A stretch of 64,000 nucleotides of DNA, taken from positions 62,001 to 126,000 of the forward strand of contig JAIVFI010000033.1 in NCBI GenBank assembly GCA_025558095.1, given 5' to 3'. The notes below the pieces were generated by a model. It searched no databases, was not told where the DNA came from, and was given only the letters and a program-made list of their open reading frames with translations. Position numbers and translations under genes: made by a program. Positions 56,947 to 64,000 of this stretch are shown here, one piece after another. Position 1 is the first letter of the stretch, and each line of letters starts with the position of its first letter. The DNA is from Hyaloraphidium curvatum SAG 235-1 (lineage: Eukaryota; Fungi; Monoblepharomycota).

Positions 56947-59553
56947 ATGGCGAGCCCGCTGTCCGAGCTGCCTGAGGAGATCCTCGAGCGCATTTTGGAG
57001 TGGCTGCTGCCTGTCGGAGCGGCGGCGGGGTCGCACTGGGAGCGGCTCGCGGCGCTTGCGGGCGTGCGGCGCGCCTCCCGGCGGTTGAGGGAGGCGGCCG
57101 ACGGGTTCGTGTGGCGCGCGCTGGAGATCCCCGGCTTCTCGTACGTGCCGGGCGGCGCGGGGGCGGCGGGGGCGGCGGTGAGGCGGGCGCCCACCGGCGA
57201 GGAGCTCCTCGCGGGCGCCGCCGGGTGCGGCCGCGGCGTGCTGCGGGAGCTGCGCTTCGGCGACCCGTCGGCGCTGCCGCGCAAGTTCAAGGGCGCGCTG
57301 CTGCTGCCGCGGCTGGCGGCGCTCGACCTGGCGGGCCTCACGCCCAAGGAGCTGGGCGACGCCGCGCTGGCCGCGCTGCTCGGCGACTGCCACGCCCTGC
57401 GCAGCCTGGGCCTCGCATACTCGACGGAGCTCACCGACGCCGCCGTCGCCGCCCTGCGCGAGCACCAGAAGGCGCAACGCAGGGCCGGCCGCCCCGTGCT
57501 GGAGCGCCTGGACCTGTCCTGCTGCAACCGCCTCTCCTTTAACGCCATTGCCGGCCTCGTCGAGGTGCTCGGCCGCGACCTGCGCTCGCTCAAGCTGTTC
57601 GGCATCCCCGGCCGCGGCGCCGACGCCGCCTTCCAGGCCATCGCACGCTTCTGCCCGCGGATCGAGACCCTGTGCATGGGCGAGACGGGCCTGGGCGAGG
57701 CGCGCATCTCGGCCGGCAACTACGCCGGCAAGTCGGCGTGGTACAAGCTGGGCAGAGAGTGCGCGGATCTGGCGCACCTGAACGTCGCCGGGTGCTCGGG
57801 TGTCACCACGGACTGCTTGCTGCAGCTGGGCCGCGGCCGCGCGGCGGCACGGGACGCCGGGATCGCCTGCGCACCTTGGACGATGCTGGGCCTCGGCAAG
57901 CTCGGCTGGAAGGCCGGTTTCGGGCCCGACGCGAGCGACGACGGCGAAGGATCGGCGGACGACGATTCGGGTGCGGTGGTGCCTGTCGTCACGCGCTCCG
58001 TGATGCAGCTGCTCTTCCCCGAGGACGATCCCGCGTGCGCGGGCGCGGAACTGGCTTTGGATTTGTCCAACCTGGTGCTCGGCGTGCCCGTGCTCGAGTA
58101 TCTCGCCGCGCATTCGGGCGTCGCCGCGCGGCTGGCCAGCCTGGACCTGACCTCGACGACGCTCTTTGTCCCGAACGTCGCATTTTCCGCCCTCGCATCG
58201 AGCACGCACCTTTTGTGCCCCATCGTCGCGCGCTTCCCCGCGCTGCGCACGCTCTCCATCGCGCAGCTGGTTCCGCCGACGACGGACGACCTCGCGAGCA
58301 CGCTCGCCAGCTGCAGCCCGCGTCTGGAGAAGCTCGACCTCCGCGGCTCGTACCTCCTTACCGACGCCGGCCTCGCCTCGCTGCACCCGCTGCCGCTGTC
58401 CGAGGTGGATCTCAAGGCCTGCGAGAAGGTGACCGACGCCGGCGTGCGCGCCTTGCTCTCGGGCCGCGCCGCGCGATCACTTAACTTGGGACTGCTACCC
58501 GGCGTATCGGACGCCGCGCTGCGCGAGCTGGACGCGCACGAGTTGGGCACGCTCAAGCTCTCGGGCTGCACCGCCATCTCGGACGCCGGCATCCGGCACC
58601 TCTCACTCTCCTCGCTCCCCTCGCTCACCCTCCTGTGCTTCCACAACCTCCGCCTACTGTCGCCCCCCGCATTATGCAGCCTCTTCTCCCTCGCCCCCAA
58701 CCTCGTCAGCCTGAACCTCTTCGGGTGCGACCTCGCCGACGACGACGTGCTGTGCGAGCTCGGCCGCGCGTGCCCCAAGCTCGAGAGCCTCTGCGCCTCG
58801 GGATGCGCGGTCGGCGACCGCGGCGTGCGCGGGCTCGTCGCGGGTTGCGGAAGGCTGAGGACGCTGTACCTGGGGTACCTCGTGGGGTCGTGGAACGCGG
58901 ACGAGATGGACGGGGGCGTGGAGCGGGACGGGGAGGAGATGAGGGGGATGGAGATCCTGCCTTCGGCGACGGAGGAGGAGGACGCGTGGGGGAGCGACGA
59001 CGGGTCGGCGTTCTGGGACGGGGACGGGGACGAAGAGGGCGGGGAGGGCGGGTTCGAGGGGTGGTTCGGGGAGAAGCTCTCCCTGGACCCGCGGCCGCCG
59101 CCAGCGCGGGGCGACGCCGCGTCGTCCGCCGCCACGCGGTACTCGGGGACCACCGCGGCGTCGGGCGCCGGCTCCTCGCGGAGCTACTCGGGCTCCGTGG
59201 GCAGGTCGATGGCGGGCTCGTACCGCTCCGGCACCTCGTTCGCCTCGCCTTCGGCCTCGTCCTTCTGCAGGCCACCCCCGCGTCTGACGGACCGCGGCGC
59301 CGAACTCGCCCTCTCGCTGCCCTTTCTGCGCATCCTGGACCTCTCGGGCTCGGACGTCACCCTCGATTTCGACGTGCGCGCGCCGACCCCGCTCGAGTGG
59401 CTCAAGGTGCGGTGCTGTCGCCGCCTGCGCGGGGACGCCCTCGAGAGGCTGGTGGCGGCGAGCCCGGAGCTGAGGGACGTGGAGATGGTGGGGAGCGGGG
59501 TGGAGCACGAGGCGAGGGCGAGGATCGCGCGGATGCTGGACGAGAGGGACTGA
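56947..59553 (+). CDS. F-box/LRR (FBXL, AMN1/RNI-like) protein
   Basis: F-box LSELPEEILERILEWL followed by many LRR-CC repeats (LERLDLSCCNRLS, LAHLNVAGCSGVT, LEKLDLRGSYLLTD, VDLKACEKVTD, LKLSGCTAISD). Single exon. Confidence 0.88.
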   Translation: MASPLSELPEEILERILEWLLPVGAAAGSHWERLAALAGVRRASRRLREAADGFVWRALEIPGFSYVPGGAGAAGAAVRRAPTGEELLAGAAGCGRGVLRELRFGDPSALPRKFKGALLLPRLAALDLAGLTPKELGDAALAALLGDCHALRSLGLAYSTELTDAAVAALREHQKAQRRAGRPVLERLDLSCCNRLSFNAIAGLVEVLGRDLRSLKLFGIPGRGADAAFQAIARFCPRIETLCMGETGLGEARISAGNYAGKSAWYKLGRECADLAHLNVAGCSGVTTDCLLQLGRGRAAARDAGIACAPWTMLGLGKLGWKAGFGPDASDDGEGSADDDSGAVVPVVTRSVMQLLFPEDDPACAGAELALDLSNLVLGVPVLEYLAAHSGVAARLASLDLTSTTLFVPNVAFSALASSTHLLCPIVARFPALRTLSIAQLVPPTTDDLASTLASCSPRLEKLDLRGSYLLTDAGLASLHPLPLSEVDLKACEKVTDAGVRALLSGRAARSLNLGLLPGVSDAALRELDAHELGTLKLSGCTAISDAGIRHLSLSSLPSLTLLCFHNLRLLSPPALCSLFSLAPNLVSLNLFGCDLADDDVLCELGRACPKLESLCASGCAVGDRGVRGLVAGCGRLRTLYLGYLVGSWNADEMDGGVERDGEEMRGMEILPSATEEEDAWGSDDGSAFWDGDGDEEGGEGGFEGWFGEKLSLDPRPPPARGDAASSAATRYSGTTAASGAGSSRSYSGSVGRSMAGSYRSGTSFASPSASSFCRPPPRLTDRGAELALSLPFLRILDLSGSDVTLDFDVRAPTPLEWLKVRCCRRLRGDALERLVAASPELRDVEMVGSGVEHEARARIARMLDERD

Positions 59554-59769
59554 AGTTGGGAAGTGGGGAACGGGAACTCGTTTTATGCGAGGAATAGTAT
59601 GTACAGATCGGACATTGTAGTCCAACGCTGGATGTCATTCAAGTGGAAGTCAAATGAACGTGGACCAATTCGCCGTATCGCGCACTCCTTCGACACCACC
59701 GCATTCACTCTCAAGCTCCCGCGAATACACCTGGCACGATAAGCGCATACGGTTACGATTACCGGGTAT

Positions 59770-61510
59770 CTAGTACGCCTCCTCCGCGACGGGGGCGCCG
59801 TTGGCACCGTCCGCGGCGACCTCCTCCTCCACGTCGACTTCGAGACCCTCGTCGTCAATGCCGGCCTCGGCGTACTGCTGGTACTCGGAAACGAGGTCGT
59901 TCATGTTGCTCTCGGCTGCAATCCGTCGGGCGTCAGGCTCACAAAGATCCGGCGGGCCGCAAGCGAACCCACCTTCCGTGAACTCCATCTCGTCCATGCC
60001 CTCGCCCGTGTACCAGTGCAGGAAGGCCTTGCGCCTGAACATGGCCGTGAACTGCGTCCCGATCCGCTTGAACACCTCCTGGATCGCTGTGGTGTTGGCG
60101 ATGAACGCCGCCGAGAGCGGCAGGCCCTCGGGGGGCACGTCGCACTGCGACAGCTTGACGTTGTTGGGGATCCACTCGACAAACTGCTCGCTGTGCAGCG
60201 TCTGGACCTTGTGCATCGTGTCCTCGATCTCCTTCATCGAGCACTTGCCCCGGAAGAAGCCGGCGACGGTCAGGTACCGGCCCAGGCGGGGATCGCAGGC
60301 GGCCATCATGTTCTTGGGGTCGAAGAGCTGCGTCGTGATGTCGACGACGGAAGCGTTCACGTAGGCGGCGCTGGCCCGGGACGTGAGCTGGTGGACGGTG
60401 TCAGGTGAGCAAATTCAAAACAGCTGAAGGAACAGGACACGAACCGGTGCCAGACCAGGAACGAAGAAGTGGAGGCGGGGGAAGGGCACCATGTTCACGC
60501 AGAGCTTGCGGAGGTCAGAGTTGAGCTGCGGGGACAAAAGTCAGCTACAATCTCCCAGGCGATGGGTAACGTTGAGAAACCAACCTGGCCGGGGAAACGG
60601 AGCGAGACGGTGACGCCGGCCATGACGCCCGAGACGAGGTGGTTCAGGTCCGCGTACGTGGGCGAGGTGAGCTTCAGGGTCTTCATGCAAATGTCGTAGA
60701 GCGCCTCGTTGTCGATGCAGAAGGTCGCGTCCGAGTTTTCCACGAGCTGGTGCATCGTCAGCACGGCGTTGTAGGGCTCCACCACGGTGTCCGAGACTTT
60801 CGGGCTGGGCGCGACCGAGTACGAGACCATCATCCGGTCGGGGAACTCCTCGCGGATTTTGCTCATGGTGAGCGAGCCCATGCCGGATCCCGTGCCGCCG
60901 CCGAGCGAGTGCAGGAGCTGGAAGCCCTGCAGCGAGTCCGCGGCCTCGGCCTCGCGCCGGACCACATCCAGCACGTTGTCCGCCATCTCCGCGCCCTCGG
61001 TATAGAAGCCCTTGGCCCAGTTGTTGCCAGCACCAGACTGGGCTGGAAAATGAGGCGCGTGTGAGCGAAGGCTCGTGCCAACCGCGCGGAAAACTTGCCA
61101 GTCACGAAGTTGTCGGGACGGAAAAGCTTGCCGTAGGGTCCAGCCCTCGTGGCTTCCATCGTCCCCGGTTCCAAGTCCACGGCAATTGACCTGAATGGAA
61201 AGAAAGGTCAGCCGAGGGGAAACGACGTGGCCGAGCCCTACCAACCGGGGAATATACCGGCCCGACGTCGACTCCTGAAAGAACACGTTGATCCGCTCCT
61301 TCTGGAGCGCGGTGCCCTTGAAAGATCCATCGGGATTGATGGCGTGCTCCTTGCAGATGGTTTCCCAGAACTTCCCGCCGACCTGGTTGCCGCACTGGCC
61401 TGTTCAGGGACAACCCGACAAACACGCCGGTGCTTCCGTCAGGAACCAATTCAACACCGGCAGCGCACTTCATTATACCCACCGACTTGGACCGTAATGA
61501 TTTCTCTCAT
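59770..61510 (-). CDS. TUB2: Beta-tubulin (divergent paralog), multi-exon
   Basis: MREIITVQV|[51 protein letters not shown]|LNSDLRKL and [22 protein letters not shown]|[15 protein letters not shown]. Confidence 0.95.
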
Positions 61511-61942
61511 GTCGGCGGCACTCTAGCGCGTCCAGAAGAGAAGTGCGGTAAGGGAAGGCCGAAACGCGATAGCTGGAGTCCGTGGTCCGGTTGCCCTTTT
61601 CCGGCCTTTTTCCCAGTTCGTTCCAAGCACCCGAGACAGCAACAGAACGTTCCCAGAGCTCTGCGGAGCCTTGGGAGCCTCAACGGGATGGTCTTGCCGA
61701 AAACGCGCCTTTGGAGGCGGGCGGCCCAACGGCGCTCGCGACGGAACCGCGAGGACGCCGGCCCGAAGCTGACCGAAAAATGCGGTCGGTTTCGGCAGCA
61801 AACACCGTTGCGCGTTGTCGCTATGGGAGAGCGGGCGAGAGAAAGGTACGCTGGCGTGGCGGCAAAAGCACGACGAGTCAATCTTCAGCTCGATCGCACC
61901 GACTTCTCGGTTGGTTTGGCCATAACGCACCGAAATACAAAT

Positions 61943-62263
61943 CTACTTCATGAGATGGTGGTTCCAACGTAGCTATCGAGTCAGATATGGACGACACTGG
62001 GTGCGGATCGTGATGCCGTCCAATCGGTAATCAGGGGACAGAAAGCTCCTGAGTTACATGTTTTCTGCTTCAGGCACATGATAAACTACATGAAGCATGG
62101 TGACTACTTCATGAGATGGTGGTTCCAACGTAGCTATCGAGTCAGATATGGACGACACTGGGTGCGGATCGTGATGCCGTCCAATCGGTAATCAGGGGAC
62201 AGAAAGCTCCTGAGTTACATGTTTTCTGCTTCAGGCACATGATAAACTACATGAAGCATGGTG
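61943..62263. repeat. Exact tandem direct duplication of a 160-bp unit (61943-62102 and 62104-62263)
   Basis: Both copies read CTACTTCATGAGATGGTGG...ATGAAGCATGGTG, separated by a single A. I saw no mismatches by eye. Confidence 0.92.
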
Positions 62264-62467
62264 TTGAAGTCCTAACGCTGCTCCAATGATATCTGTGGCG
62301 CTTTGATACACCGCCTTCGCGAAACACCAAAGAGCCCCTACCACAGTCCTCTGAGTTTACACTGAAATCCTTCTGACGGTAACGTCAACGCTGAACGAGA
62401 ACGTCGATGTTCGATTGGCACTGCCGCACTGGGAAACTAATGCCCCTCTTATTGCGGCCCCGGAAAC

Positions 62468-63043
62468 TCAGATGTTGCAACCGTAGACTATCCAGCCGTA
62501 CTGCCCGGCAAGCGTGCAGGTAGTGCCAGGGAAGCACTTGCAGTCGCCCGATCCCGAGCCTTTCCAAGCCCAGCGTTCGGCGGCGTTCTTGGAGATGCAG
62601 TAATCATAGCAGTCCGCGTTGCTTGCCATCCCAGCAGTTGTGTCGGTGGGGGTCTCCGTGCAAGTCTGGTAATAGCCCAGCTGGGTGCAGTCGCTCGCAA
62701 AGTTGTACCGGCGATAAAGACTGCGTCCGCCGTCCCCGGCGTAGGTAATGCAGGCGACGGAGCCGGCGGGGGCCCCGGGGTACGCGAACTCGCTGCCGAA
62801 CGAGGGAAGCCGGACCGCGGATCGCGGGGGCGGGGCGGCCCACGTGGAGGGAAGATTGAAGGTCAGGATCGCGTGTGCGGACGCGTGGACAACGGGGGTG
62901 TACCAGTATTCGACGTCGCTGCAGTCCGCGCAGGAGCGCCTGAACAGTGCGGCGCCGGGGCCCGCGGCCGGCACTGCCACGGCGGGCGCGGAAAAAGCGG
63001 CGACGATGACCAGCATGAAGTAGACGATGGAGAGACGAGCCAT
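62468..63043 (-). CDS. Small secreted Cys-rich protein with C-terminal WSC/PAN-like module
   Basis: Signal peptide MARLSIVYFMLVIVAAFSAPAVA, dibasic RR sites, and DCTQLGYYQTC...MASNADCYDYCISK...WAWKGSGSGDCKCF...C..C. Confidence 0.65.
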   Translation of the reverse strand: MARLSIVYFMLVIVAAFSAPAVAVPAAGPGAALFRRSCADCSDVEYWYTPVVHASAHAILTFNLPSTWAAPPPRSAVRLPSFGSEFAYPGAPAGSVACITYAGDGGRSLYRRYNFASDCTQLGYYQTCTETPTDTTAGMASNADCYDYCISKNAAERWAWKGSGSGDCKCFPGTTCTLAGQYGWIVYGCNI

Positions 63044-63373
63044 TTTACGCGCGAAGGGGCGTGGGGGGATGGGGTCTGACGGCTGTATCCTTGCTGGTCC
63101 CAGGCTCCGAACCAGCCCCGAAGCCAAATGACTCCGGTCCTACGTCATGTCCCGCGAAATGCATGAAACCAGCAATACTGTGCTTGGAGAGTGTGATCGC
63201 GCCTAGCGATCCGCTTCCGTGAGCTTCTCGGCCTCTGCGAGCCATACCTACGCATCAATCTGCGAACTCGGAGCCACGACGAGAAACTAACAAGGCTCAC
63301 TCGCAACAGATGGGGACCGTTGGAAGCCAAAGTCACCTAGACAACAGATCATGCCACTGCCAACACCGATAAG

Positions 63374-64000
63374 CTACTTCGCAATGTCTATCCTGACGAA
63401 GACGCTGGCGAAGGTGGCGAAACCTGCATTTCGAGGAGGTCCTCGATCAGCACCAATTGTTGCGACGACGATTGGGTCACCAACCTCTCCAGTTGAACAG
63501 CGGGACCGCGCGGTACCCCTCGCGGATGTTTGACAGGTAGAGCATGGCGCTCCCGATCACCTTGTCCTTGACAAACGTCTCGTCATCTCTCACGACAAAC
63601 CTCAAGAAGGCCATCTCGGGGCGCTCGACCTGGAAGACGACCTCCTCGTTCCATATCGGATCCCAGCCATTGTCGCGCACCGTCTGCGGGCGAAAAGCGT
63701 GAGCAAGGGATGGATGGACGGAGCGGATCAGCGACGGCATGCCTTGGTCGAGTAGATGTGCAGCCGCGCGGCTTCTGCTGTTTCTGCCTTCTTTTCCTCC
63801 TCCTTCCGTGCCTCGTCGGAGAGGTTCTCGGGCAAATCCGACTTGACGCCGCGGAACTCCGAGCCGGAAGAAGAAATGATCTTGGCATTGAGCCCGAGCA
63901 TGTTGACCTCGACGTATGGATCCACCACCTCGCCAACCTTCTCTCCATACGGCTTCTGCAGCGCCGAAGCCGAGACAATCCGCACCCTGACGGTCCACGG
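63374..64000 (-). CDS. PLC1: Phosphoinositide phospholipase C, C-terminal C2 domain (3' end of the gene, 5' part outside the window)
   Basis: VRIVSASAL, DPYVEVNMLG, TVRDNGWDPIWNE, PEMAFLRFVVRD and NIREGYRAVPL, then last exon GFATFASVFVRIDIAK*. Confidence 0.85.

Noticed and set aside
61943-62263. The 160-bp duplication as a CRISPR array, LTR pair or snoRNA pair
   Set aside because: There are only two adjacent copies with no spacer and no internal element, and I found no properly spaced C/D or H/ACA boxes.

Overview
GC-rich eukaryotic DNA with densely packed genes and short (about 45-80 nt) GT-AG introns. The gene content (BLM10, DID2, MET16, ATG26/UGT51-like, Pcl-type cyclins, PLC) points to a fungus. 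The compact, very GC-rich, intron-rich style suggests an early-diverging lineage such as a chytrid or Monoblepharidomycete, which is inference only. About 30 protein-coding genes can be reconstructed by eye, and most long entries in the ORF track are antisense shadows of these genes. I found no rRNA, tRNA, CRISPR array or transposon. Main points of interest: (1) a Pif1 helicase fused to an N-terminal RNase H1-type RNA:DNA hybrid-binding domain; (2) a ~1025-aa bacterial-type phosphomannose-isomerase + ROK-kinase fusion with one intron, a probable horizontal transfer; (3) a divergent beta-tubulin with several benzimidazole-site substitutions (including F167Y and E198A) and a C-terminal Tyr; (4) a secreted protein with two bacterial-type CBM2-like repeats, head-to-head with a GH20 hexosaminidase; (5) a surface protein with ZP-like architecture; (6) small or cryptic genes missed by the ORF track, including a 64-aa Zn-ribbon protein, an 8-Cys secreted peptide and a tandem SnoaL protein; (7) an exact 160-bp tandem duplication. 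All gene models and domain calls are by-eye recognition, not database results.
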